A DNA stretch of 63,089 nt, the filler included, from Octopus bimaculoides (lineage: Eukaryota), in assembly GCF_001194135.2 (NCBI RefSeq). It is 6 parts of 6 records of this genome, joined end to end, with 100 filler letters (N's around TTAATTAATTAA, not from the genome) between each part and the next. Parts side by side here need not be neighbours in the genome. Positions count along the whole stretch, not along the records: positions 27,758 to 43,410 come from NC_068985.1; positions 43,511 to 59,817 come from NC_068988.1; 4 more parts are not named here. One strand, 5' to 3'. Below the pieces are notes generated by a model that made no database searches, had not been told where the DNA came from, and was given only the letters and a program-made list of their open reading frames with translations. This document shows positions 37,750 through 50,744 of this stretch, one piece after another (positions within the stretch are counted from its first letter, which is position 1; every line of letters begins with the position of its first letter). The translations under genes and the position numbers were made by a program.

Positions 37750-37963
37750 GGCGGCAAGCTGGGAGAATCGTTAGTACACCGGACAAGATGCTCAGCGGCA
37801 TTTCGTCCGTCGTCACTTCCGAGTTCAAATTCCGCCAAGGTGGACTTTCATTTTCGTCCTTTTGGAGTCGATAAAATAAATACCAGTCAAGTACTAGGGG
37901 GTCAATGTAATCGATTACCCCCACCTCCAAAATTCTAGGCTTCATGTCTGTAGCAGGAAAGAT
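37749..37963 (+). mobile_element. SINE family B, full length, with (TTG)n(TTA)n tail
   Basis: GGCGGCAAGCTGG.AGAATCGTTAG..GAGTTCAAATTCCGCC..GACTTT; preceded by another family-B tail and (TTA)n. Confidence 0.85.
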
Positions 37964-37980
37964 TGTTGTTGTTGTTGTTG

Positions 37981-38041
<61 letters not shown>

Positions 38042-39924
38042 CATCTTTCCTGTTTCCATTTCTTGCCGAATGTCTTCCTGACACCTAGGGCAGAGAAGCA
38101 CACTGTATACATTGCTAGGCCATTAAAATAAACACACCACGTTGTTCATTTACAAAGTCATGTGATAGAGAGAAAGGGGTCGAAAGACAGAGAGAAACAA
38201 AAAAAAACAGAAAAAACAGAAAAGCACACAAAAAAAATAAAGGGTAAAAAAAAGGAAAGAAAATTTACAGCGACAATGCTCTTCTCAATACATGTGACGT
38301 GCCAGTTCAGACCATCCTTTGCATTTCATGCATGGATGGTAAACCAGGGATCATTTTTAAATAATTTTCAGTACCTTTTTTTATCATTCCAAGTGCTCCT
38401 ACGATCACTGGTGTTGTAACCGTTTTGTGATTGCTTCCCATGCTTGTTCTGGCAAGTTTTGGTAGGATCATTCTGTACGTCTAATCCAGTCTGCATTTTC
38501 ATTATAAGTCTTTTTATCACTTCAGATATTTTTCCAGAAGTTTTCAACTTCTTCCATGGAAGGGGAGGGGGGGTCTCCTTCCCTATTTCTCTGTAGAATG
38601 TTTTTGCATTGATTGTGAACAACTTATTTTGCTTGTAAAATTTGTTTCCTTTCTCAAATCTTCGTATTCTTCGAGCTTTTGTTTGGATTTTTTGTTGCGG
38701 TGTTTCTTTTGCTGAAAGCAGTTCTTCTCTTTGTGAGAATCTATGTTTTCTCTTCATCTTCCTTCCTTTTCTGGTTTTTACATCGTTTCCGCAGATTAGT
38801 TCATTCAATATTGATATTTGTCCTCTCATTATTTCAGTCTCTTTTTCAATTTTACTTTTCCACTTTGGAATTCTTCTCAGGTTTGTATTTCTTTGTTTTA
38901 TCAGGGGCATACAACTGGTTTCAATTATCTCAGCAGCTGCGTAAATAATTCATTTAATTCAGTGAGATCTGGTTTTTGTCCTTGTATAATTTCTTTTGTT
39001 ACATAGTTTCCAATTTTAATTTGTTTTGTATTCTGGATTGTATTTGAGATCTTATGAAGTGGTTTTCTATCATGCATATTTATATATCTTACAACTGCAA
39101 GCTTATTCAGTATTCTCTGCTTCATTTTCTATCATATAGACTCTCTATATTCTTCAACAAATGTGTAGTCTTCAGATATTGTTTCTTTTCCACTTTCCTC
39201 GCTACCTTTATCAGGTTCATTACAATTCATTTCTTCAGACGTTTGCACGCTCTGGTCAGATAGCAGTCTTTCAATTAAGACTCATGGAGAGTTGTTCTCT
39301 TCATCTCGTTCTTCATTTCCTTTCTGTCTTACATTTAAGTCATGTTCCGTTGCGTGTTTGATCGCAGTTATTTCACTATCTATGAGTTTTATTTCTGAAA
39401 ATACCCCTCCTAACATTTGCTAACTTGTTTTCGTCCAAATATAGTCTGCTGTCTTGATTTCGTGCTTTAGATAAGAGTGTGTTTCTCTTCAGATGGCCTG
39501 CCTAATGCATAGTAATAGGCGTATATTACTTCTGTTTACTCTTCTTGGGTCCAGTTGATCCTCTTACATTTTTCTTTCTGTAGTGGGTATGTCAGTGGAT
39601 GACTTTTCGATCCCAGACTAGCTCTCTCCTGGGGGACGCGCTTCTAGATTAACCATTGGATAAGCGATTTGGTGTACTTTTGTGGTTTTTCTTTTTGTTT
39701 CGTTAGACATATTTGTGTTACATTAAATCTAATAGTATTAAACCCTGTATTGTGGCAGATGTAGAGACAGTTGTTGTCTGCCATTATAGTTGACTCCGCC
39801 ATTAATACTGTTACAGTCACTTTGACCTTGCTTTTACAGCATTGTTCATCGTTAGCTACCACCAATAGTGCCTTGATCCCTATAGTTTTGGCTAGCCTTT
39901 ATAGCCATGGCGACAGTATAACCG
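38042..39924 (-). mobile_element. R4/Dong-like non-LTR retrotransposon, internally deleted (no RT), in a (TAA)n tract
   Basis: N-terminal KRINWTQEE*TEVIYAYYYALGRP..ARNQDSRLYLDENKLANVRR..KQNKLFTINAKTFYREIG..EQAWEAITK joined at ~38421 to C-terminal VTTPVIVGALGMIKKGTENYLKMIPG..TGTSHVLRRALSL*; TAA repeats on both sides. Confidence 0.8.
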
Positions 39925-39979
39925 TTATTATTAATATTTATTATTATTATTATTATCATTATCATTTTTACATCTACTA

Positions 39980-40178
39980 AGGCCGCGAGCAGGCAGACTC
40001 GTTAGTACACCGGGTGAAATGCTTAGCGGCATTTCGTCCGTTTTCACGTTCAGAGTTCAAAATCTGCTGAGGTAGATTTTGCCTTTCATCCTATCGGGGT
40101 CAATAAATTAAGTATCAGCAAAACACTGGGGTTGACTTACCTCCACAAATTTGAGGCCTTGTGCCTCCAGTAGAAAGG

Positions 40179-40179
<1 letters not shown>
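39980..40179 (+). mobile_element. SINE family B with (TTA)n tail
   Basis: Matches the family consensus seen at other copies. Confidence 0.85.
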
Positions 40180-40209
<30 letters not shown>

Positions 40210-41703
40210 GAAAGTAACAATGAGACTGACAGAAGTTAAAGCTATTACATTCAGCCACACTATCTCGTTTTAATGAACTCCTCTTTCTATATACTCGTCC
40301 AAAACATATAAACAAATAAACGATATCAGAAGAGCAGAACCGACGCTAGCATCGTTCTAATGGCTGAATATATGCAATGATAATTGATTTTTTTTTCTTT
40401 TTAATAGAAACAAGTCCGAACAAATTTACAATGGAAGGAAGTGTGATTGTGTGACATTCATACTTTACTCAATTGTATCAGTGGCGTCAGTGAAGTATCA
40501 GATAACAACTGGAAAAAAAAAAGAAAACTCAACAGAAACTACTGGAAGGAAATAAAAATTAACATGATATGAATGGATTACTAGAAAACTTCTTTTGCCA
40601 GCGTTTTCTGCCCGCGTATCCAGGAAACATTAATCATATTTAAAGTAGCTTCAATCATTAACAGACACAGCAAACATGTTATAAGTGGATTTACTACCAA
40701 CATTTGAGACTAAACAATAAACTGTTAAGTAAAGTAATTTATGTCAGAGAAGAAGATTCAACAAGGATTGCTCTCTCTCTCTCTCTCGGTTCTGTTCTGT
40801 GTAATTATAACTAACACTCCCAAATTATAAAGGTAGATTAGATTATACACATGGCGCGTGCTGTTGGTGGTCAGCTTTTGTAGGGGAGGCAATCTCTTCT
40901 AGATTCGTTAAGGCGGGAATGGAACTTTGAAGAGAGTAAAGAAAAAATAGTAAAAAATAGTAAATAGTAAATCAGAAATAAGAGCGAAATATCAGTGAAA
41001 TAACATCGAAATATCGAAATCTTTGGTTCTCATTCACCCCCAGAGCAATTCGTTTCGGCTGACTTTGAGTTATACTGTATTTTTCAAAACAGCACGTCTT
41101 TAAAGGGACTTTCTCTGGGCGAAGTAGCGCAGCTAAAAAGCGTTTATCAAGACATATACTTTCAGCATGTGACACCGATAATATATATATTGACACCACC
41201 GGATTGGATGGTACTGTCCAGGTGTCGAAACCATAATGATACCTGTGGGACAGCTGATGATGGAGGTGTGTTGGATTATTGGTATGGCTGTTTTTGTATA
41301 TGTGGAATAGTGTTATAAGACATCCTTTTGATATATATATATATATATATATATTATGAGAGGTTTTGGTATCCAGAAGCCCCAGGTAAGGCTATATAAG
41401 TGCCACGGAAGGACCGCTGTTAAACTCCCGGCTAAACAATAGTATGAGCGAGGAGTCTAAAGTGGGTCGTATGTGAGGGTAACGCTTTGAAACATTGTCC
41501 TAATCGGCCACGTTTAAATCTACTGGCGTCCTTAATTACTTAGCGCCAAAATGTGGACAGCCTCAGTGTGAAAAGTACTAACCAGCAACAAATTAGGATA
41601 ATGTGATGAGGAAGGTAAGATCTTTGTATCAAATCAGAAACTGATCCACATCTATATCTGAACCAGTAAATATATAGCTTTATGCTACATTGGTATGTGA
41701 GAA

Positions 41704-41910
41704 AGGCTGTGAGCTGGCAGAAACGTTAGCACGCCGGACGAAATGCTTAGCAGTATTTCGTCCGTCTTTACGTTCTGAATTCAAATTCCACCGAGGTCGA
41801 CTTTGCCTTTCATCCTTTAGGAGTCAATAAATTAAGTACCAATTTCGTACTGGGTCGATCTAATTGACTGGCCCCCTTCCGCAAAATTTCGCGTCTTGTG
41901 CTAGAGTAAA
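41704..41910 (+). mobile_element. SINE family B
   Basis: GGCTGTGAGCTGGCAGAAACGTTAGCACGCCGG..GTCGACTTTGCCTTTCATCCTTT..AAGTACCA. Confidence 0.85.
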
Positions 41911-42434
41911 AAAGTATATTGGTATGTGAGAGATTTTTTTCGGTATGCTAGTGTACCGTTGAATCTGTTGTTTTCAGTGTAAATACTTTTGGTGGTCCAA
42001 ATAAGGGGTTTGACTCTTATTTCTAGTGGGTAAGACACTTTAATGTATCCTCATGATTAATATATATATATATATATATATATANNNNNNNNNNNNNNNN
42101 NNNNNNNNNNNNNNNNNNNNNNNNNNNNNNNNNNNNNNNNNNNNNNNNNNNNNNNNNNNNNNNNNNNNNNNNNNNNNNCCGTGCTATGCACGTTACCATA
42201 GATTTCCGACTCCAGTTGAATAGAACAAGTCACTGCAAATCCTTGTTGGAGTATCCATGTAAATGGAGCAAGGACCGGTGAGCTTTTATTGACAACCAGT
42301 CATATAATTTATTATAATGAAGTCAAAGTAGAATAATATTATTTTGAATGCAATAAATACATGAATTTCAAACCATTGCGCAATAAATTATAAAGAAATT
42401 CATCTCATACTCAAGATCTTTCCCAACTAAGACT

Positions 42435-42466
<32 letters not shown>

Positions 42467-43133
42467 GATATATATATATACGCATATGTCGTTGGTTTTT
42501 GAAATGTTTAATTAGCAAGTTTCATTGATATATGTTTAAATAAGTGTGGGTGCATGTCTGTATGTGAGAATATGCATATAAGCGTATGTGAATATGTACA
42601 CATGTATGTATATATGTCAACATGAATATAAGATCATGTGTATATATATGTGTGTGTGTGCGTATGAGTGTACATACGTGTATATTAATGCGTCTGCACA
42701 GGCACATGCAAAATAAACACCCACATACATACTCATTGTTTTTAAAAGCATTCATTATAAGTTTTAATTAAAAGTATTACTTTAAAGAATTATGTTAGAA
42801 CATTGCTTAAGCAGCAACGCAGCTTCAGGACTTCGATAGTGAGGAGCTTACGATGTTTATAATAATATTCCCACGAGAACCAGAAATGAAATCAAAAGTG
42901 TGAGCTTGAAGCAGCCGTTTTCGCAGAGATCGTTCACAAGGGTTTTTAAGTGAAAGGACATAAGGATAAGCGTTTCCTTCAAGCTTTCATTTCATATTTC
43001 AAACAAATATTCAGTCAGTGGATATTCAAATGAAAACCGGGCTTGGTTTACCAAATAACGATCGGAAACGAGCAACTCTGAGTACTGGAAATCGGAGCCT
43101 TTCAATTATATTTCATTAAAGAATACTCTACAA

Positions 43134-43297
43134 TAGGCGCAGGAGTGGCTGTGTGGCAAGAAGCTTCATTCCCAACCACACGGTTACGGGTTCAGTACCA
43201 CTGTGCGGCACCTTGTGTAACTGTCTTTCACTATAGCTTCGGGCCGACCAAAGTCTTGTGAATGAATTTGGTAGATGGAAACTGAAAGAAGCCCATC

Positions 43298-43300
<3 letters not shown>
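43134..43300 (+). mobile_element. SINE family A, 5' half
   Basis: TAGGCGCAGGAGTGGCTGTGTGG..GGTTCAGT..GGCACCTTG..GAAACTGAAAGAAGCCC then (TA)n. Confidence 0.85.
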
Positions 43301-43333
<33 letters not shown>

Positions 43334-43454
43334 TAATAAATCACAGGATAGCAAAATAATTTTTGAAATTTTATTTATATATATTATATATATAAATATA
43401 TTAGATATATNNNNNNNNNNNNNNNNNNNNNNNNNNNNNNNNNNNNNNNNNNNN

Positions 43455-43466
43455 TTAATTAATTAA
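43455..43466. other. Artificial contig-join spacer
   Basis: TTAATTAATTAA within an N block. Confidence 0.95.
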
Positions 43467-43510
43467 NNNNNNNNNNNNNNNNNNNNNNNNNNNNNNNNNN
43501 NNNNNNNNNN

Positions 43511-43586
<76 letters not shown>

Positions 43587-43979
43587 GGGAGGATCTGTCA
43601 ATGCATTTCCAGTTTATAAGTTTGATTTACGCGTTGAGATACATCGGTAAGAAACACCGAGAGAATATACTGACCTGATTGTTCATACCCAAAATACTTA
43701 CACATCAACTGGTAAACTGACACATATATCTTAATCTTCACGAACCTAAAATTATAAATTACAGACACTTTAAAGTGATTTCGACACATCGTCATAAATA
43801 CTACGTACATACATCTGTATAAACACAAAGAAGGCGGTAAAAAGCCGAGGAAAAATCATTCTATGAATGTTTAACCATAAGCAGATGCACAAGAAACATA
43901 CACTTTCATGAAAATATTTTGCTTTCTTTTCAGAACAGTGTCAACAAAGAAATATTGGTAGTACGGATGTAAGATAACT

Positions 43980-44290
43980 GGAGTATAGCAGAAATTGCAT
44001 TGATATAGAGGAGTATATCAGTAATTGCACTGATATGGAGAAGCAGGAGTACAAGCAGGAGTATACCAGAAATTTGTTGCAATAGTGAAGCAATACAAGC
44101 GGAAGTATACCAGAAAATGTACTGATACAGTGAAATAGAAGTATACTAAAAATTTCATTACTATGGTAGTGCAGGAGTATACTAGAAATTATATCAATTC
44201 TGTGAAGTAGGAGTACACCAGAAATTTTACTGATGTTAGTGAAGTGGAAGCATACCAAAAATTGTATTGGTGTAGTGAAGTACGATTATA
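43980..44290. repeat. Degenerate minisatellite, ~36-bp unit GCAGGAGTATACCAGAAATTGTACTGATGTAGTGAA
   Basis: About eight diverged units anchored by G(G/A)AGTATA..AGAAAT. Confidence 0.75.
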
Positions 44291-45445
44291 TCAAAAAATT
44301 GAAACTAAGATAATCTGTTTGGTTAGTTTATAGAATTGATACCTTCTTAGTGACGGCTCCTTCGTATCTTGTGGACGGGAGGAAAGAAAGCATTTTTTAT
44401 TTAGCTTATGAAGCCTAACAGCTTTAGAGAAAGATCTGGAGGGATTTATGAAGTACCTTTATGGAACAAATTAATTAGAGACCGGAATTTTGAGGACATA
44501 AATGGACGTAATATTTGTATATCATACAGGTAACCGACCGCTCTACTGCAGACGATTTCTCTAATCCATGAGTCGCTCATAGTATTTGAGTGCTACATAT
44601 TTTATTGATCTCAGACAGGTAAAAGGCAAAATAACCTTGGAATTATAGTTCACAATGTAAAATGATATCAGAAAACAGTACAAGGAAAACTCCCCACTAC
44701 TTTGGTATTCTAACCGTTTTTACTACTCACTGCTTTCAGTGAAAACAAGATATCCAACTCTGGCCCACAAATAATGATTTCCAACACTTGCCCACAAATC
44801 GAACATGTGAATGTCGGACGTAGAATTTAACGAAATGTTCCTCAGTCCATGATAACTTTCTAGTTTATCGAGACCTGTCGGATTTAATCTGATATTTACA
44901 TTAGTGAAAAAAAAAAAAAAAAATTCGTTCAAATGGGTTTAAAATACGAAGAAAATATAAATTGAATATATATGAATTAAAGAAAAAAAAAACAGTAATA
45001 CTGCTTAATTCTTGTTTTTTTATGTTATTTGCCAGAATAATTGCGATGTTTAGTTGAATTTATTCAGTATGAAGTAAACATTAACTCTTGTAAAAGATTA
45101 GCTGTGTTTGTATTACATAAATCATAGATATAGATCTGAAAACATTAGTAGACGAGTGTTTTGTGCAGGAGCGTTTTCATGCACGGAAGGAGAATAGTAT
45201 GTGCTTTCATAACCAACGCTGGGAGACGTGATTTGAATGTTTATGTATGCTTATATCAGTGTGATGGGTGTACTGGAAATATTATGCGTGTGTGTGTGTG
45301 TGTGTGTGTGTGTCTGTATGCATGCGTGCGTGTGAGTGTGTGTGTATGTGTGCGTGTGGGTGTATGTCAGTGCATAACAAAGATGAGTAATGGTTTATAC
45401 GATACCATGCAAGTTAAATTCTTGAGTTATTGAAGTCATCACTCA

Positions 45446-45845
45446 TAGGCGCAGGCGTGGATGTGTGGTAAGAAGCTTGCTTCCCAACCACATGGTTCCG
45501 GGTTCAGTCTCACTGCGTGGCACTCTGGGCAAGTGTCTTCTGCTATAGCCTGGGGCCGACCAAAGCCTTGTGAGTGGATTTGGTAGAGGGAAACTGAAAG
45601 AAGCCCGTCGTATATATGTATATATATATGCATATGTTTGTGTGTCTGTGTTTGTTCCCCCACCATCGCTTCACAACCGATATTGGTGTGTTTACATCTC
45701 CGTAACTTAGTGGTTCGGCAAAAAGAGACTGATAAAATAAGTACTAGGCTTACAAAGGATAAGTCCTGTTGTCGATTTGTTCGACTAAAGGCAGTGCTCC
45801 AGCATGGCCGCAGTCAAATGACTGAAACAAGTAAAAGAGTAAAAA
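45446..45845 (+). mobile_element. SINE family A, full length
   Basis: tRNA-like head, CORE-like CTGGGCAAGTGTCTT, internal TA/TG repeat, 3' GTAAAAGAGTAAAA tail. Confidence 0.9.
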
Positions 45846-47022
45846 AGTAAAAGGGTAATTGCAGAGAAGATAGAACCCTTGGTGCCAAATGGCAGAAGCA
45901 CCGAAAGAAAAAAATTAAAAGAGGTGATAATCTGAAGAATTAAGAATCCTCCAAAATTGATATAGCAATAAGAAACGGACTGCCTGTTTCAAGAGGACAG
46001 GCATGTGTTTCTGATTCAATAGGCGTCTCTCTCTCTCTCTCTNNNNNNNNNNNNNNNNNNNNNNNNNNNNNNNNNNNNNNNNNNNNNNNNNNNNNNNNNN
46101 NNNNNNNNNNNNNNNNNNNNNNNNNNNNNNNNNNNNNNNNNNNNNNNNNNNNNNNNNNNNNNNNNNNNNNNNNNNNNNNNNNNNNNNNNNNNNNNNNNNN
46201 NNNNNNNNNNNNNNNNNNNNNNNNNNNNNNNNNNNNNNNNNNNNNNNNNNNNNNNNNNNNNNNNNNNNNNNNNNNNNNNNNNNNNNNNNNNNNNNNNNNN
46301 NNNNNNNNNNNNNNNNNNNNNNNNNNNNNNNNNNNNNNNNNNNNNNNNNNNNNNNNNNNNNNNNNNNNNNNNNNNNNNNNNNNNNNNNNNNNNNNNNNNN
46401 NNNNNNNNNNNNNNNNNNNNNNNNNNNNNNNNNNNNNNNNNNNNNNNNNNNNNNNNNNNNNNNNNNNNNNNNNNNNNNNNNNNNNNNNNNNNNNNNNNNN
46501 NNNNNNNNNNNNNNNNNNNNNNNNNNNNNNNNNNNNNNNNNNNNNNNNNNNNNNNNNNNNNNNNNNNNNNNNNNNNNNNNNNNNNNNNNNNNNNNNNNNN
46601 NNNNNNNNNNNNNNNNNNNNNNNNNNNNNNNNNNNNNNNNNNNNNNNNNNNNNNNNNNNNNNNNNNNNNNNNNNNNNNNNNNNNNNNNNNNNNNNNNNNN
46701 NNNNNNNNNNNNNNNNNNNNNNNNNNNNNNNNNNNNNNNNNNNNNNNNNNNNNNNNNNNNNNNNNNNNNNNNNNNNNNNNNNNNNNNNNNNNNNNNNNNN
46801 NNNNNNNNNNNNATATATGTATATATATATATATATATGTGTATGTATATATATGCATGTATGTATGTATGTATGTATCAAAAGGTAACATTTATATCCA
46901 ACTAAACTTGGATGTTTGGTTAGAAAACGGAATACAGCGTTGTTAGGTTTGAGAGAACCTCTCACATTGACACTTGGTGCACAAAAGCATACTCATAGAT
47001 TGTAGTAGACGAGAATCTAGTC

Positions 47023-47102
<80 letters not shown>

Positions 47103-47769
47103 TAGATTATTACTCTAGAGTTTCCCTGACGTTTAAGCGGTTCCTCAGTTAGAATAAAGAGACCAGGCTGCTTATTATAACGGAAGAATATGATTTAGCT
47201 AGCAGTTGGATTGTGAGACGATGAAATGATTTTTAAACTGGTCATCTCATGAACATACAAACATTTAACCGTGAGTCAGCAAAAAAAGAAAGAAAAAAAA
47301 AGAAAAGAAAAGAAAAAAAAGAAAAAAACGGGAAATGATTGGTGGATGGGTAGTGAAGCCATGTCATTTCTATTCTCAGTATTACACTTAGCTGGTGACA
47401 TAGAAGTTGAGAGAGCGAAGTGGTGAGGGAGGACGGTGAATGTAAATGCTCACTGTGATACAGAGAATCATACCCCAAGCAGATTCAATTGCCAACTATC
47501 AAAACATTAAAAATAAGCATCAAAACACAACGTGAGAAGCACGCTACATAAATTGCAGTGTGTAGGTTTTGGCATCCATTGTTCACTTCAATGCACCGTA
47601 ATGCACAAGATTTATCACTAACTAAGAGTAGCACATGATGGCTTTCTGTCGAGGGATCGTTTCATAGGGACGATGATGTCATCATGAATTATATAGCAGC
47701 ACCTAAAGATGCCACCCACTATCGACAATTGAATATTAATGCTATTAGAATGAAACTGTAATACAACAC

Positions 47770-47800
47770 TATGCAACATAGTAATAATAATAAGATAATA

Positions 47801-47834
<34 letters not shown>

Positions 47835-47920
47835 GGATGATGATGAATGGTTTTGATGATGATGGTGATAATGATGATGATGATGATGCTGATGACGACG
47901 ACAATGATGATAATGATGAT
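47770..47920. repeat. (TAA)n/(GAT)n low-complexity tract
   Basis: Read directly from the sequence. Confidence 0.9.
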
Positions 47921-47924
47921 CCCT

Positions 47925-48085
47925 ACTGTTATAGGCAAAAGGCTTAAAATTTGGGATTTTGGAAGGGTTAAATCGATTACATCGACTTATTTTACCGACC
48001 CCAAAAGGACGAAAGGTGAAGTCGACCTCGGTGAAATTTGAACTCAGAACACAAAGACAGACTAAATACTGCTGAGCATCTATCT
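47925..48085 (-). mobile_element. SINE family B
   Basis: GACCCCAAAAGGACGAAAGGTGAAGTCGACCTCGGTGAAATTTGAACTCAGAAC is the reverse complement of the core. Confidence 0.75.
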
Positions 48086-49039
48086 TGTCCGGCTTACAAT
48101 TTTCCCTCGACACATTTCGTTCGGCATTTCTATGGAAAAAATATGCTCTTCCGTCTTTTCCAACGAAATTTATTTGAACTGCAGCTTCTATATACATAGA
48201 ACAAGTGTGACAACTTACCTCTCCTCTTTTTACAGATGGGTACTAGATGCTCGAAATAGTAATTAATGCCCGGAACAAGTCTAATTCGAAATATATTTTA
48301 ATATCGCCAAATAAAAACTTCATTGTTCACCAATATATTGGAAATATATATCTGCACACACATACACACAATCGCGCACACACGCACACACGTGCACACG
48401 AATACATACACGCACACACACACATGCACTACAACAAACTTACGCACAGTTTCCATTTTCCGAATAAACCTCTTCAGGCTTTGGTCGACCCGAAGATATG
48501 TTAGAAGATACTTCCTCGACTAGTGACGTGTGGTAGGGATCAAACGCTGGATCAGTTAATTACGAAGTCAACCTTTTACTGACGCAACCAGCTCTGAACT
48601 ATAAGTCCTTTCGCAAAAAACATTCCTGCGAATGGTGAAGAATCTGGTTCGTATTTGTTATCTAAAATTCCATTTGAAACCCTCTTGATTTTGTCTTGCT
48701 GCAGATCAGCTTGTATCAATTATTGTTTCCATCACATGAAATAGATAATATTTGTGCCAGCAATGCACTGAGTATACGCCTGATTTAAAAATAAACAAAA
48801 AAAAACAAGATTGTATATCAGTATGTAAGTAATTGAAACTTTGTCGAAGCTGTTAATTTTATTTATCACTAACTCCACAAATTCTCATTTGCAATTTTTA
48901 ATGAATGAAACAATCCCGCTTATTATTTCATTTACATAAGCTTATTACTTCTAATATTTGCTCTACAATAGTCATGTTACTCCTGAAATATTTTGAATAT
49001 TTTAAAATCAACACACTCGCAGACACACATATGCACATA

Positions 49040-49260
49040 CCGTAACTGGTCTTGCCTTATTCAAAATTACTCCGTAAGAAACGAAAGAAGAAAAAGATGT
49101 CATAACTTTCAAACGGTACCTGAACAAAATCCCCCCTAAATACCAGATGTCGCACGGACATCTAGATATACCTCGTCAAACAAACCTCAGCCTGCGTGAG
49201 CAGATGTCTTATGACATCTGAGTGAGCAGATACTCCTATTAGATATGGCCTAGGCCAAAA
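49040..49260 (+). mobile_element. Possible CR1-type LINE 3' remnant
   Basis: LFKITP*ETKEEKDVITFKRYLNKIP resembles the CR1 ORF2 C-terminus (LFNxLP...FKxxLD). Confidence 0.4.
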
Positions 49261-50560
49261 GTGGACAAAACGTTTTTTATGTAGAGCCTTTTCTCAGACA
49301 TTGTTTTTTTTTGTTTTTTTTTCTTGAAATTGGATACTTTAGAGAAATTATATATTTCCGTTGCTATCTAATTATATGCCAGATATATCATTAATGTAGT
49401 GATGTTAATTAAAAGGAGCATTTGACTGCAAAATTAACAATTGACAATTGTTAGAAATATATCTTTATAATTAGTTATAATAAAGATGGTTTGAAATGTT
49501 ACACTATATTCCGAAATTGATACTGAATTTTTTTACTCGTTCACTAATGAAAATTCAATAACTAAATCAATGTATACTCAATATATGGATAGGTTCTTGA
49601 GTGTATGTAAGACCATTAATCATGAATAGAGTGTTAGTGGGGTGTGGAACGAATCCTGGTGGAAGTAGTGAACCATGGAGAAGAAATTACATTTTAGAAA
49701 CTTCTGTTACTGTGTGTAAAAAGTGAAGTTTGGTGTATGTATGTGTGTGTGTGTGTGCGTGCATGCGTGCATGCGTGCGAGTACCTGCGTGCGCGCAAAA
49801 GAGGCAGAGGGAAGTGTTATTTTAGAGAAATCGGCAAGTCCTGTTAATGGAGCCTATAATAGAGCAGTCAGAGAACAAAATCATCCAAGTGAGAACTGGA
49901 AAGGGCTCTGAGGGGATGGTTGGCAAGTTGAGCGGCAACTGTATTTAAATATAGTGTTTATACTGTTCTAGGTGTATTTACTTTCGTCTAGACTTATACG
50001 CAGCAATAGCGGAAAATTGTCTGTAGTATTCACGCCAAAGAAAATGGTTAGTTTGAAAAAAATATTTCTCTTAGCAAGAGTCAATGAAGTCTAGCTCTCT
50101 TTGAGAGCCAAAATGTTCAATATTTTGCGACACACACTAGCAAACTCACACAACTATACACACACATAGTATAAAAGTAGAAAGGCATACATTTCACATC
50201 TAGTTCAGATTATAACTGCTCAACAGCTGTTTCAATATGGTGAACACCAGCAAATGCTTAAGATAATCAGATGCATTATTAATTTAGATTAAATTAAATT
50301 AAATTAATTCATAGATTTTATGTATTACAAACTTTCCCTTGGATTTTTTAGATTTTTAAACTAGTATTTTGTATAGTACGCTTTTCTTGATGGTGTTTGA
50401 TCTCCTTCGTCATGTGAGTCGCACCATGGTGGTTCTTCTCTGAATTATTAAAATATTTTTCATTATGATATTATTAAACTGTATTTCCTTGTAAGTTCGG
50501 ATTTTGTAATTCCCTAACATTATAATATATATATCCATATATATGTATGTGTGTGTGTAA

Positions 50561-50600
<40 letters not shown>

Positions 50601-50648
50601 GAAGTATTTGGAGTCATGAAGGTGTGCACTTGGACATTTATTTATTAT

Positions 50649-50744
50649 TCGCTTCAATTGTTTCGACACAACGTACTTCTGCAACTGTTTGATTATGCAA
50701 CAGTTTGTTTGCATAATGAGATATAGTTGTGTTTCCTCAGGCGA
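50649..50744 (-). ncRNA. Type-I hammerhead motif with branched stem II, U16.1A
   Basis: TCGC-CTGAGGA-AACACAAC..[ATTATGCAA/TTGCATAAT hairpin]..GTTGTGTC-GAAA-CAATTG-AA-GCGA. Confidence 0.65.

Noticed and set aside
41240-41520. CTGATGA at ~41255 and GAAACATTGTC at ~41490
   Set aside because: Too far apart, with no pairing stems; not a hammerhead.
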